The notes under the pieces: model-generated
The model's database searches: none
What the model saw: the letters and a program-made list of their open reading frames with translations, nothing else
Told to the model about the DNA's origin: nothing
In this document: piece after piece, positions 20,101-28,564 of the stretch
Layout: each line of letters starts with the position of its first letter
How positions within the stretch are numbered: the first letter of the stretch is position 1
Origin: Pseudomonas duriflava
GTDB lineage: Bacteria > Pseudomonadota > Gammaproteobacteria > Pseudomonadales > Pseudomonadaceae
NCBI RefSeq assembly: GCF_007830155.1
Contig: NZ_VLKY01000016.1
Span: 34,771-74,770, forward strand
Direction: 5' to 3'
Length of the DNA: 40,000 nt
Made by a program: the position numbers and the translations under genes

Positions 20101-21612
20101 ATCGCGCGGGTGAATTTTGCATGGAAAAGCCAAGGTGAAGCGATAGCCGTAGGTGCGCGTCAGTGGGTGGATGGTATGCGTCTTCGTTTTCGAGTCGGCA
20201 ATGAAACGATTGCCGATCTCCTGGGGGCCCCTGCCATATCGGCCGCATTGCGTCCGTTGTTGTTCCGGCGGCGGGTTGAGCAACTAGATCGTTTCGGCGG
20301 TGACCCCTTTACAGCCAATTGGGTATGCGAGTGCTTCCTTGCCGCTTTGGCCGTCGAGTTGAAGGACGTAGACCCGGCCGTGCCATCGGTGATGCATGGG
20401 GCCTTGTGCCGTCTACTTTCCGACGAGGGCAAAGAACGCTTGCTCGCTATTCCGCAAAGCCTTTTCCAACTCGATGAGCAAGAAGAAAGTTCCAGAGAGC
20501 AGGAATTGCAGGCCGACCTGCGGGGACTCCTGGGATGCTCTGAAGTGCTAGCCCGACTGGCAGATTGTGCCGAGCCTCTGTGGCGGGATATTCATGCCTT
20601 GCCAGATATCGTGGAATGGACAAAAGAACTGCTGGCCAATACGTTGGCAGCAGCAACCCAGCAAACACTATGCACCTTGCTTGGGGACGTTAACGAACGC
20701 TCGGTGAATGCTGATGCGCTTTGGCAAGACGGTGACTTGGAAGTATGGCTCAGCGAGGTCGAAGCGGGTGGTTGTGGAATCATCAGTCGTTTGGCCGAAG
20801 ACTACTTCGATGATCCTTTACGATTTCTGAATGTATTGGCGTGCAGTTTGCGCCCTGGCGACTACGAGCAAATTGACTTCGATCTCTACGAATTGCTGGA
20901 GAAAGCTTCTGTTGATGAGGAGATCGAGAGGGTTCTAACGGATGTCCGTGCAGCCGCCGATCATAAGCAGCGTCGCAAGGCCGGTGCAGCCATGCATTCC
21001 AGTCTCTTGCGGGCGGGGTTTGCACTTAGCCACAGTTTCCTCAGTGTATTGCACTCTCGCATACTCAAGCCGAGCAGCAGTCGGCAAACCGATGCTGAAC
21101 TGCTTACATTGCTCAAGCAATGGCGAGAACTGGAGGTCAGGAGTGGCATTGAGTGGCCCCTTAATATTGTTTCCCACACGTTGGCGGCGCAGAAGATGAG
21201 GGCGAATGCGACTGTCTCTGATTTATTTCGTGCTCATTGTGTGAATCAGGGGTTATTGTGGCCGCGAGGTAATACCATTCGTCAATCGGAATTGAATCGT
21301 TACAATCCTTTTAATAATGGGAATGCGGCCACGGAACGAATGCTGGGCGCTGGTTTGTTCGCCGGGCGTAGACCTCGGATAGTGTATTCAAATTCCTATT
21401 TGAGTGAATTGCACAAACTCTTGCGAGAAGAGGGTGGCGTTGAATTGGTGATTCCCCGCGACCAGCAGGGGAGGGTGTCCAAAGTCATTACCGAAGTACA
21501 GTTGTATCCGGTTGACTATCTGGGTTTGCTACTTTACCCCAGAGTGGGCGAACTACAGAGAGAAGACGGTTCCCTGGTGCTGGTCATAGAGTTGGCGGAG
21601 GCTTTGCAGTGA
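17176..21612 (+). CDS. dpdJ: Very large DExH-box helicase with a zinc-ribbon insert, DpdJ-like. The likely start is the ATG at 17179.
   Basis: VCAGTGSGKTLAFYLPAL (I), LVLLDEVHTYEG (II), VGLSATL (III), VATASLEVGFNDP (V), YLQRKGRAGRP (VI, about aa 618). Cys4 insert CPTKDC...CSRC between motifs I and II. About 850 aa after motif VI carry no motif I recognise. Confidence 0.75.
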   Translation: MMEISLERLCTALDRLEELETSLLAWGDTGGFFTENEILATLEEVLPGDDPYEVLLGLCDHAMVIEAPHPEGLSKRYRTRMGEAAHLYRHLRQWFLNKPVDQARTLVSDFRFVRRPRSYPCRDQSLQKLLDGLGEDASARFQLPIRALLGYQENLLLAGFQVRATTRVLQASKDRSIHAAGSIVCAGTGSGKTLAFYLPALAALCSQLAEDASSRVRILAIYPRRELLKDQFMETWSQCRKLDELVKSQSGRKISIGAFFGDTLENTNVAHEAAKKFNGNLPFDLLRCPTKDCSGKMEWRLEGSVTQREELHCSRCDHYVPHDEVRLTRRSLAAAPPDILFTTTEMLNQHLGNYAFHHLFGVGNCEGPTLVLLDEVHTYEGSSGAQTAYLLRRWMKRSECRPHFVGLSATLSDAPAFFSELIGAKEGHVELIEPLADEMVDEGAEYLMLLRGDPVSQTALLSTTIQAAMLTRRILDNRDKRSRGTWGSKTFVFTDDLDVNNRLYHQLADAEGWKTRGAQLVPDHEPLASLRGSGRYLDFPSRLKRIQLGQDWQIGMDIGHSLDNDDRARVGRTSSQDSGVDPNSEIVVATASLEVGFNDPSVGAVLQHKAPRSVASYLQRKGRAGRPRGMRPWTLVVLSEFGRDRVAFQRYEELLTPEIKRQRLPLQNGHIQKMQGAMATLDWLAMLLKEGSVWRILKYPKGSSAQLTTLLSAVEQVLQPGGMQDRYFGYLKDALRIDEAALQQVLWASPRSLMLSFLPTLRRQLKTLWCEYGEKWKELPRGRSPMPAFIPEAMFAELNIPNLFVSLQRGEGSDAKWEGLPFYQALREFSPGRISKRFAIKYDLADWLIPEGFQPIADTLQQVDFEIAEAFGEYLQNEGAVAAGSDAELSVVRPREIHTRALRKASGLTEKSNSRLRWDSEFILAEHTTVQKPPMGSWGKHLIDVAFCLHQQMTPLEVVRYSKGADATLRFRSGQIARVNFAWKSQGEAIAVGARQWVDGMRLRFRVGNETIADLLGAPAISAALRPLLFRRRVEQLDRFGGDPFTANWVCECFLAALAVELKDVDPAVPSVMHGALCRLLSDEGKERLLAIPQSLFQLDEQEESSREQELQADLRGLLGCSEVLARLADCAEPLWRDIHALPDIVEWTKELLANTLAAATQQTLCTLLGDVNERSVNADALWQDGDLEVWLSEVEAGGCGIISRLAEDYFDDPLRFLNVLACSLRPGDYEQIDFDLYELLEKASVDEEIERVLTDVRAAADHKQRRKAGAAMHSSLLRAGFALSHSFLSVLHSRILKPSSSRQTDAELLTLLKQWRELEVRSGIEWPLNIVSHTLAAQKMRANATVSDLFRAHCVNQGLLWPRGNTIRQSELNRYNPFNNGNAATERMLGAGLFAGRRPRIVYSNSYLSELHKLLREEGGVELVIPRDQQGRVSKVITEVQLYPVDYLGLLLYPRVGELQREDGSLVLVIELAEALQ

Positions 21613-21621
21613 GGGCGCGCT

Positions 21622-22149
21622 ATGAATGAGCAGCGGCAGATTTTTCTGCATGGACCTCTGGGGCGTAGGCAGTTTCGTGAAGTACTAAGTACTATGCTGG
21701 CGTCTTTGTTGATCAATCCAGACGAGATCTGGCTTGTATCACCTTGGTTGAGCGATTTTCCTTTATTGGATAATCGCTCAGGGCAATGGAATTCATTGGA
21801 ACCCAAGTGGGGTAGTCGAACCGTTTCGTTCAGCGAGTTATTGGGTCGGGCGGTCACGGCGGGGTGTACCTTGCGAATCGCAACCCGCGATGTAGACTCC
21901 AGTCGATATTTTGTCCGTGGCCTTGAGAATCGTCTCGGCGACAATCCGGACTTTCACTACCTAATCAGTGACACCCTGCATTCGAAGGGCTTTTTGACCC
22001 GATCGGGGTTTCTTAAGGGTTCCTTGAACTACACCTTCAGTGGTACGCAACGAAACGATGAGCATGTGACTCTGACACAAGACGCACAGGTGATATCCGA
22101 TGCGTTTCTTGAATTCAAAAATCATTATCGTTTCGAGGCCGATATATGA
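21622..22149 (+). CDS. dpdK: Single-HKD phospholipase D-family nuclease (Nuc-like), DpdK-like.
   Basis: 175 aa with one HKD-type motif, LHSKGFLTRSGFLKGSLNYTFSG (H.K....(x)..GS.N). It has the size of dimeric Nuc-type nucleases. Its stop overlaps the next start (ATGA). Confidence 0.75.
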   Translation: MNEQRQIFLHGPLGRRQFREVLSTMLASLLINPDEIWLVSPWLSDFPLLDNRSGQWNSLEPKWGSRTVSFSELLGRAVTAGCTLRIATRDVDSSRYFVRGLENRLGDNPDFHYLISDTLHSKGFLTRSGFLKGSLNYTFSGTQRNDEHVTLTQDAQVISDAFLEFKNHYRFEADI

Positions 22150-24329
22150 GTATCCCACCAGATTGGCTTCGGAATTTTTTCGCTGAAGACAATCAAATCG
22201 ATCTTGATCGACTGCTTTCGCTGACTAACCCGTACGATCCAAAGTTTCAAGATCTACTCAAGCCACTCGTGTCTTCAGCTATCGAGGGAAAATGGCCGTT
22301 GCTGCTCCCGGTTAGTCGTGGCGGCGAACTTTACTTCTATGGTGCTGAACGCGACAGGCGATCTTTGGAGGAGTTGCGACAGATACTGCAAGCGGTGCTG
22401 GGAGCAGCGGATACGTATCCAGAGTTTCCATTGATTAAGGTAGCCCGGGGAAAAATCGAACAGATTCTTTTACAGCAGGCACCTGCAGGGCTTCTCAAAG
22501 TTGATTTGTTACGCCAGTCGCAGAGCGACTTCGCTTTACGTAAACGTGTGTTTCAAGCGTTGGCATCGGTGCTGGATCTCTACCAGCAACGGCCGCCAGC
22601 AACCGCTGTGGTGAAGCGGCCAGTTGGGCGGGTCCTGCGGGATTTCTTCGCCGCTTGTCAGTCCTGGGATGGTTCGAAAGCATCGCACTTTTTTGGCGAA
22701 CTCAAAACGACAGGCAATTTCAGTCAGCGAAACTTGATCTCTCTGGAGTTGCAGGCCTGGGAGGCTGAGCGTCGTTGGTCGGACATTATAGGACATCCCC
22801 GACTAGTGGATATGCTGGGCGCAAGAATGCCCGCCCAACTGGTTCGGGTTCTATTGCGCGCCGTAGGTAATTTAGGCGGTGAACGTTTGCTGGAGCCAGG
22901 GGCGTTTGGCGAGGTGTCCCTGGAGCATATACGTCTTCTATGTCAGCCGATTAGCCCTCTTTTTGCCAATCGGCCTCCCCTAGAGACCCGCGAATGCTTT
23001 GCATCCGACTGGAAACTCTGGGCGATAGGCGCCGGGGCATTAGGCTTCTCCGATGGCCTTGATGGTCTTCCTGTCTTCATCGATCCGGCCTGGATTTGCG
23101 GATTGCACGACTGGGCAAACCTGCCGGCCAAGACCCCGGTAGCGCCAACCATAGCACCAATCCCTTCGCTGCAAAAAGTCGGATCTCCCCAGACCTTCAA
23201 CGATCTGCGACTGGTGCTCGAAGGCTCGCTATCTGCCTCCATGGAAGAGTTACGCGAGATCTGGGTCGCAGTGCAGGACGCACCCGAAGAGTTAAAAAAT
23301 GAACTCTACGTTTATCCACGCCTGCAGTCGGTGTGGCAAGGCATATGCCAGTTCTTCGATGGTAGTAGAGAACTCGGTTGGAAGGGATGGCTAGAACGCC
23401 TGAAGGAGGATTCTACTGACCCAGATGCCCTGATTCACGAGTTGCAGGAGGAGAGCCAGAGCTGGTCAATCGAGTCCTTCTCGGAGGCTCAGTTGATTGA
23501 GTGTCTGCATGGCGATGCCAGTACTTCCCTATTGTTGCGAGACAGCTTGCCGCTGCTGCTTGACTGGCTGGATCGTCGTCAAATCCTCTGCTCCGGGCAC
23601 TTCTGGCTGGAATGGCTGGAGTTGCTGGCTCTCGATGATTTGGTTAATCCGTCGGACGTACAGTTGGCAGGGCAGATTGTGCAGCGCTTCTTGTCCCGTC
23701 CTAGCCAAATCGGTGACCGTGCGCGCCTAGGGGAGTCCCTGGAGTTGTTATGGGAGAAGGGCGGTTCGGTCAGTGCTTATTCGGAAATGCTCGAGATTGT
23801 CGAGTTGCTTTTGGACGAGACTCAACCGGGGCAGCAACAGTTGCAAAAGCTCTGGTTGGTACTTCAAGGATTCGCCATGAGTCGCTGGACCCGTCTCGAG
23901 TTAGTGCAGCGTTATCTCACCAAAAGTCTCGCCAGAGAGATATTTGGTGAGAGCAATGAAGCGAGTTATCCGCCACTAACTGCTGAAGGAGGCGATGCTG
24001 ATCTTGACGTCCAAACAAGAAGGCTATCGGGTAGGCTGCTTGCTATCTACAGCCTTACCGAAGGGGCCGCGCGGCGAGCTAAAATAGTACTGGAAGGCAT
24101 GTTTGAGGGGCTGCGAGTGGAACTCAATCATGATCACACTGCGACCCCGGCTCTGCAGAATTTAGCCAAAAAAGCTAATTACTTCTTGTTTGTTTCCTGT
24201 AGCGCGAAGCATCAAGCCTTCTATCCCGTGAGTCGGATAAGACAGGATTTGATCTATCCCTTAGGAAAAGGCGCATCGAGCATAATCGAAGCATTTTGCA
24301 AAAGCTGCGTAAATACTACCTCGGAATAA
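22146..24329 (+). CDS. Hypothetical 727-aa protein translationally coupled to dpdK. It may be the DpdD equivalent or an additional component.
   Basis: Long uninterrupted ORF with the same composition as the operon and an ATGA overlap with dpdK. No catalytic motif recognised. The C-terminal ~90 aa (LLAIYSLTEGAARRAKIVLEG...NYFLFVSCSAKHQAFYPV) look like a small Rossmann-like alpha/beta domain. Confidence 0.6.
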   Translation: MSIPPDWLRNFFAEDNQIDLDRLLSLTNPYDPKFQDLLKPLVSSAIEGKWPLLLPVSRGGELYFYGAERDRRSLEELRQILQAVLGAADTYPEFPLIKVARGKIEQILLQQAPAGLLKVDLLRQSQSDFALRKRVFQALASVLDLYQQRPPATAVVKRPVGRVLRDFFAACQSWDGSKASHFFGELKTTGNFSQRNLISLELQAWEAERRWSDIIGHPRLVDMLGARMPAQLVRVLLRAVGNLGGERLLEPGAFGEVSLEHIRLLCQPISPLFANRPPLETRECFASDWKLWAIGAGALGFSDGLDGLPVFIDPAWICGLHDWANLPAKTPVAPTIAPIPSLQKVGSPQTFNDLRLVLEGSLSASMEELREIWVAVQDAPEELKNELYVYPRLQSVWQGICQFFDGSRELGWKGWLERLKEDSTDPDALIHELQEESQSWSIESFSEAQLIECLHGDASTSLLLRDSLPLLLDWLDRRQILCSGHFWLEWLELLALDDLVNPSDVQLAGQIVQRFLSRPSQIGDRARLGESLELLWEKGGSVSAYSEMLEIVELLLDETQPGQQQLQKLWLVLQGFAMSRWTRLELVQRYLTKSLAREIFGESNEASYPPLTAEGGDADLDVQTRRLSGRLLAIYSLTEGAARRAKIVLEGMFEGLRVELNHDHTATPALQNLAKKANYFLFVSCSAKHQAFYPVSRIRQDLIYPLGKGASSIIEAFCKSCVNTTSE

Positions 24330-24449
24330 AGAGGTGACCTCAAAGGTGTCGAGTTCTCGGTATCATCCTGATGATGAGTGCAAAGTTGTTTCTGCTCAAT
24401 GTGTACGATAGTTTACATAGTAATCAATCCGTCAAGCATTTAACAAAGC

Positions 24450-24857
24450 TCATCGCGTCCAGCGCAAAACGCAGCGATCGCCGCTGGCTCGGCGTTCGAT
24501 CATAACGGCGCATAGGCCTGGTACCGAATCTGCCATCTGTGCGCGAATAAAAGCACAGAGATTCTCGATAGTGGCAGATCCTAGACCTTGAACCTCATCA
24601 AGGAATCGGTGATCTAGCATCTCTTTTACTCTGGCAATTTCACTGCGCAGATAGCCAAGATCTATAAGCATCCCGGAGGTGGGATCCGGTTGACCAGCGA
24701 CGGTAACCTCTGCTTCGTAGGTATGTCCGTGGATACGTAGACTGCCCTCGGTCTCGATAGTACGATTCAAGGTGTGGGCTGCTTCGAAGAAAAAGCGCTG
24801 CGATAGTTCGTACACGCTCCTGCAGTTGTCCAAGGCATTATCTGTGGATGTAGACAT
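24450..24857 (-). CDS. queD: 6-carboxy-5,6,7,8-tetrahydropterin synthase QueD.
   Basis: 135 aa. FFFEAAHTL and SLRIHGHTYEAEVTV match the QueD/PTPS H..HGH zinc-binding signature. It sits next to queE and queC, and its start overlaps the queE stop by 1 nt. Confidence 0.85.
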   Translation of the reverse strand: MSTSTDNALDNCRSVYELSQRFFFEAAHTLNRTIETEGSLRIHGHTYEAEVTVAGQPDPTSGMLIDLGYLRSEIARVKEMLDHRFLDEVQGLGSATIENLCAFIRAQMADSVPGLCAVMIERRASGDRCVLRWTR

Positions 24858-25489
24858 CAGCGAATCTCCAATATCTTATGTGTCTGTACAGAGAGACGCC
24901 ATTTGGTGTTCTCCTGACAATAGGCAATGGCAGAGCGGGTATTCTGCCTCTGCATTGGTCCATCCATGGGTTGCAATAGATAGTAGTGAAAGTTGCTATC
25001 AAGCGCGGCCATGGGGAGTAGGCCAGGCTGGGGATAAACAAGTTTTAGTTCGTGGCCGCTGCGCTGCACCCACTCCGAGCCAGCCTTAGGGCTAACGCAG
25101 ATCCAATCGATACCTTGAGGTACTGGAATGGTCCCGTTAGTCTCCACAGCAATTTCAAAACCCTGATCATGCAAGGCCTCGATGAATGCTTCATCTACCT
25201 GCATTAAGGGCTCGCCTCCCGTCAATACAACATAGCGGTGCTCCTGGCCGCTTGGCCAGAGCGAGGAAATTTGTTCAACTAAGATCTCCGCAGTCTGATA
25301 CTTGCCACCTAAGGTTCCGTTCGTACCCACAAAGTCTGTGTCGCAAAACTGGCATACTGCCTTGGAGCGATCGGTTTCCCGACCACTCCACAGATTACAC
25401 CCTGCAAAACGACAAAAAACTGCAGGTCGGCCTGCTCGAAGCCCTTCCCCCTGCAGGGTGTAAAAGATCTCTTTAACGCTATAAGTCAT
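24857..25489 (-). CDS. queE: 7-carboxy-7-deazaguanine synthase QueE (radical SAM).
   Basis: 210 aa. [46 protein letters not shown] carries a CX14CX2C-type cluster motif typical of the short QueE class. C-terminal [12 protein letters not shown]. Confidence 0.9.
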   Translation of the reverse strand: MTYSVKEIFYTLQGEGLRAGRPAVFCRFAGCNLWSGRETDRSKAVCQFCDTDFVGTNGTLGGKYQTAEILVEQISSLWPSGQEHRYVVLTGGEPLMQVDEAFIEALHDQGFEIAVETNGTIPVPQGIDWICVSPKAGSEWVQRSGHELKLVYPQPGLLPMAALDSNFHYYLLQPMDGPMQRQNTRSAIAYCQENTKWRLSVQTHKILEIR

Positions 25490-26190
25490 GCCACGCTATC
25501 TCGCTGAAACGCCTCAAAGCCAGTTCGGCGTAGCTCGCAGGCAGGGCATTGATTGCAGCCATAACCCCAGTCATGACGATGCTGCCGATCCCCCAGATAA
25601 CAGGTATGGGTGTGCTCTTGAATAAGAGCAACAAAGTTTGGCCCGCCAAGGGCTTTGGCCAGATCCCAGGTTTGTTTCTTATCCAACCACATTAGCGGTG
25701 TCTCAATTACCAGTGGCATATCCATACCTAGGCTCAGAGATACCTGTAACGCTTTGAGTGTGTTGTCGCGACAGTCGGGATAGCCCGAGTAGTCTGTTTC
25801 ACACATCCCGCCTACAAGTACGCTCAGTCCTCTGCGATAGGCGAGGGTAGCGGCGAAGGTAAAAAAAAGAAGGTTACGACCCGGTACAAAGGTATTAGGT
25901 AGACCATTTTCTTCAACCTCAATCGCTTTTTCGGCAGTCATTGCCGTATCGCTGATCTGACTGAGTAGCTTTAAGTCTAATAAATGGTCTTCGCCTAATT
26001 TGCTCTTCCAGCCGGGAAATTCATCTCTTAGCTTCTCTAGAATATGCATACGACACTGCAATTCCACCTCATGACGCTGACCGTAGTCGAAACCCACTGT
26101 TTCGACATGCTCATATCTAGTTAAAGCCCAGGCTAGGCAAGTGGTAGAATCCTGGCCACCTGAGAACAGAACCAACGCTGACTTATGCAT
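25486..26190 (-). CDS. queC: 7-cyano-7-deazaguanine (preQ0) synthase QueC.
   Basis: [19 protein letters not shown]-loop motif. C-terminal zinc cysteines CYLGDR...[11 protein letters not shown]. 234 aa. Confidence 0.9.
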   Translation of the reverse strand: MHKSALVLFSGGQDSTTCLAWALTRYEHVETVGFDYGQRHEVELQCRMHILEKLRDEFPGWKSKLGEDHLLDLKLLSQISDTAMTAEKAIEVEENGLPNTFVPGRNLLFFTFAATLAYRRGLSVLVGGMCETDYSGYPDCRDNTLKALQVSLSLGMDMPLVIETPLMWLDKKQTWDLAKALGGPNFVALIQEHTHTCYLGDRQHRHDWGYGCNQCPACELRRTGFEAFQRDSVA

Positions 26191-26204
26191 AATTTAGTTA
26201 ACTC

Positions 26205-27272
26205 TTAACTAGTGGGCTGGGTCTTTTTCAATTCCTGACTCAATTTTCGCGTCAGAAATTGGCTCAAGAGGGCGATATCACTAGGTGTGTTTTGAATACC
26301 GTTCCAGGGTCGCCGATCATTTTCTGAAAAAATCCACTCGCCACTAGTCCAGGCAGTGTAAGGCTTAAGCAATCGTAATCCATTAATAAAAGACTGTTTG
26401 TCGACAGATCCGCCTGTGCTGTAGATCAGTTCCATAACGAAGCCTAGCGCGATAAGCCCAGCGCCGTGCTTTAGACGGGAATTGCGAGGGGCTAAACCGT
26501 CCCATTCGTTTTTAAAAACAACTCTTACCGCGTGGAAGAAATTATTAATTACTTCAACTGATCTGGACTCAAAATCGTCAAACTTCATGAACGATCGAAT
26601 CGCACCATCATTTGCTGAGTTCATTACTAATTTCTGCATTGCTGTATCACTCAATGTACCCTGCGGATTTGTATGCTGGCGTACCTCGCAAAATAGTGAT
26701 GAAGAAGGAAGGAAATTGAGCGTATCAACAATGCGTGCAGCAAATTTACGACTGGTAAAGCGCTCCGGCAAGCCTTCTACGGTTGGCAGCAATTCATAAA
26801 TCAATGATTTAGGCAGAGGCCGAGTATTGTTGATCAGTATGAACTGCTGTCGAAGTTCATTGTAATCTTTACAAACAAGCGCAGAGACGAAGACTTGAAA
26901 ATCACCCTTATCCATGCTTGAAAGGGCGCTAAGTCGTTGTTGGCCATCAACTACAAAACCCGGTTTTGAGGATGTTGCATCAATGTCAATTGCAACTACG
27001 CCGTCCCCTTGATCTTTAAGCGTCACATCTCCCAAAAAGGCAAGAATGATCGCATTGGGTAAGAGTGCATCCTCACGGCTCAGATAATCGCGAATATCGT
27101 TGATATGGGACGCTACCTGATGACGCTGAAATCCTTTTAGTTGTCCTTCATTGTCACGTCCAACTCGTTCAATTTCTGAGAATTGGAGTATGTCTTGAGG
27201 ACGAGCGGCAAATGTAAAAACATCATGGCCAGAGGCTTGCTGCGCCCTAACACCTTTATAACGGAAAATCAT
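26205..27272 (-). CDS. dpdB: DGQHR/DndB-like ParB-superfamily protein, DpdB (paralog 1, immediately downstream of dpdA).
   Basis: GFQRHQVASHINDIRDYL, LPNAIILAF, FVVDGQQRLSAL and QFILINNTRPLPKSLIYELLP give the DGQHR-domain pattern. The start overlaps the dpdA stop (ATGA). Confidence 0.75.
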   Translation of the reverse strand: MIFRYKGVRAQQASGHDVFTFAARPQDILQFSEIERVGRDNEGQLKGFQRHQVASHINDIRDYLSREDALLPNAIILAFLGDVTLKDQGDGVVAIDIDATSSKPGFVVDGQQRLSALSSMDKGDFQVFVSALVCKDYNELRQQFILINNTRPLPKSLIYELLPTVEGLPERFTSRKFAARIVDTLNFLPSSSLFCEVRQHTNPQGTLSDTAMQKLVMNSANDGAIRSFMKFDDFESRSVEVINNFFHAVRVVFKNEWDGLAPRNSRLKHGAGLIALGFVMELIYSTGGSVDKQSFINGLRLLKPYTAWTSGEWIFSENDRRPWNGIQNTPSDIALLSQFLTRKLSQELKKTQPTS

Positions 27273-28564
27273 TCTTTGTGTTCCAGGGTCTTTTGCAAGT
27301 GTCGGTAATAGACGCCTAGGTTATGAAACCCACGACGCTTGTTACGATTACTTGCTCGAAAAATAATGGTTTCAACGCCAGCAGACTGACAAATCGTGCA
27401 TTGGCACTTTTGCCAAGGTTTGTCACGCAGTGTGGGAGAAATAAGCCGAATATTTTTAGCTATTTCCTTCTCCTTTTCTGCCTCACTGAGCGATGAGCCA
27501 CTTAGCGCTAAACGTAAGTAATCGATTAAGGCGGAGAGCGTTTCGTCATAATCTAACAGGCCCTTGTCATACTCACGAATAGCCTTGAGCGCTACTATCT
27601 CTTTTTTCTGCAACTCTTCGGCACTAAGTGTTCCTTTCTTAATACCTTGCATAAGGCGTGGATTCTCTATCGCTTGTGGAATCCTGATGGCTGTGTAGTA
27701 GTCAAGTTTTCGAGTCAGGTTATCGAGATAATAATTGGCTTTTGCATCCTTGAAGGCACGTATCAACGGTGAGGTTGAATCAAAGCTCGTAATGCCGTAG
27801 TTAGTAAATTCGTGGATTTGTTCAGCTTTAGCAAATCCCAAAAGATGAATATTGGTTTCTGGTTTTAAAATATTACGTAGCGCCTTAAGCACCGCGTGGA
27901 TTTGCTCGACCTTAAGAGGAACAAGCCCGCCAATGGCAAGATACCGATATCCCATCGCTTCCAATGATTTAGCTGCTGTGGCCATGCTTTCAGGTGACCA
28001 ACCTTGAACAGCGCCGAGCGGTTCGAAAGGCCAGTCTGCCTCTTTGACTAGGCGCAAAAACTCTCTTGCATTTTCTAACGTGATTTCATAACGGTAAATT
28101 ACATCTCTTGGCTGAGAGTCTGCCGGAGGATTCGTCACATCACAGTCAAAAATAATATGGTCAGGCGAGCAGCCATGTGTAAACCCTGCATCAGAATAAA
28201 ATTCCATCACCTCTAGCGGTGTATAGGCAGGCGTTGGATGAGTTACATAAGCAAAAGCGCCACAGTCGCCCAAAATCATGATATTGGAAAACTTGGGGCC
28301 TTCTAGACGCAAAAATTTTCGCACACCATCTCTAAGTAAACGCTGCTGCTCAGAGGTCGAATAGCGGACTTTCGAGTTAGCGACCCCTAACGCAGGACGC
28401 ACCGCGCTCATTGACACCAGTAATCCATCATAGGGCACAGGGGTCATCATTTCGTGCGCATACTGATCATCCCAGTAGCGCTTGCGCCCTGGCGCATTAC
28501 GATCATTGATAAAATCGTAATAAGGATCTACATAATCTTGGGTATCGGCGTATAGAAATTTCAT
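27269..28564 (-). CDS. dpdA: tRNA-guanine transglycosylase-like DNA 7-deazaguanine transglycosylase DpdA.
   Basis: 431 aa. TGT-type C-terminal zinc motif KCQCTICQSAG...FHNLGVYYRHL (CxCxxC...H) and the internal strand YLAIGGLVPL. It is embedded between DGQHR genes and beside queCDE, which is the diagnostic Dpd context. Confidence 0.8.
   Translation of the reverse strand: MKFLYADTQDYVDPYYDFINDRNAPGRKRYWDDQYAHEMMTPVPYDGLLVSMSAVRPALGVANSKVRYSTSEQQRLLRDGVRKFLRLEGPKFSNIMILGDCGAFAYVTHPTPAYTPLEVMEFYSDAGFTHGCSPDHIIFDCDVTNPPADSQPRDVIYRYEITLENAREFLRLVKEADWPFEPLGAVQGWSPESMATAAKSLEAMGYRYLAIGGLVPLKVEQIHAVLKALRNILKPETNIHLLGFAKAEQIHEFTNYGITSFDSTSPLIRAFKDAKANYYLDNLTRKLDYYTAIRIPQAIENPRLMQGIKKGTLSAEELQKKEIVALKAIREYDKGLLDYDETLSALIDYLRLALSGSSLSEAEKEKEIAKNIRLISPTLRDKPWQKCQCTICQSAGVETIIFRASNRNKRRGFHNLGVYYRHLQKTLEHKE

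Noticed and set aside
6880-24329. Alternative reading of the SNF2 helicase + large helicase + PLD nuclease operon as a DISARM (drmD/drmA/drmC) or other helicase-PLD system.
   Set aside because: I saw no DNA methyltransferase and no recognisable DrmB-type gene. The gene order instead matches dpdE-K, and the operon faces a TGT-like/DGQHR/queCDE module that is diagnostic for Dpd. An HMM comparison would settle it.
24362-24375. Palindrome ATCATC-CT-GATGAT in the convergent gap between the dpd restriction operon and queD, considered as a terminator.
   Set aside because: A 2-nt loop is sterically implausible for an RNA hairpin, the stem is AT-rich and there is no U-tract. I found no convincing intrinsic terminator in 24330-24449.
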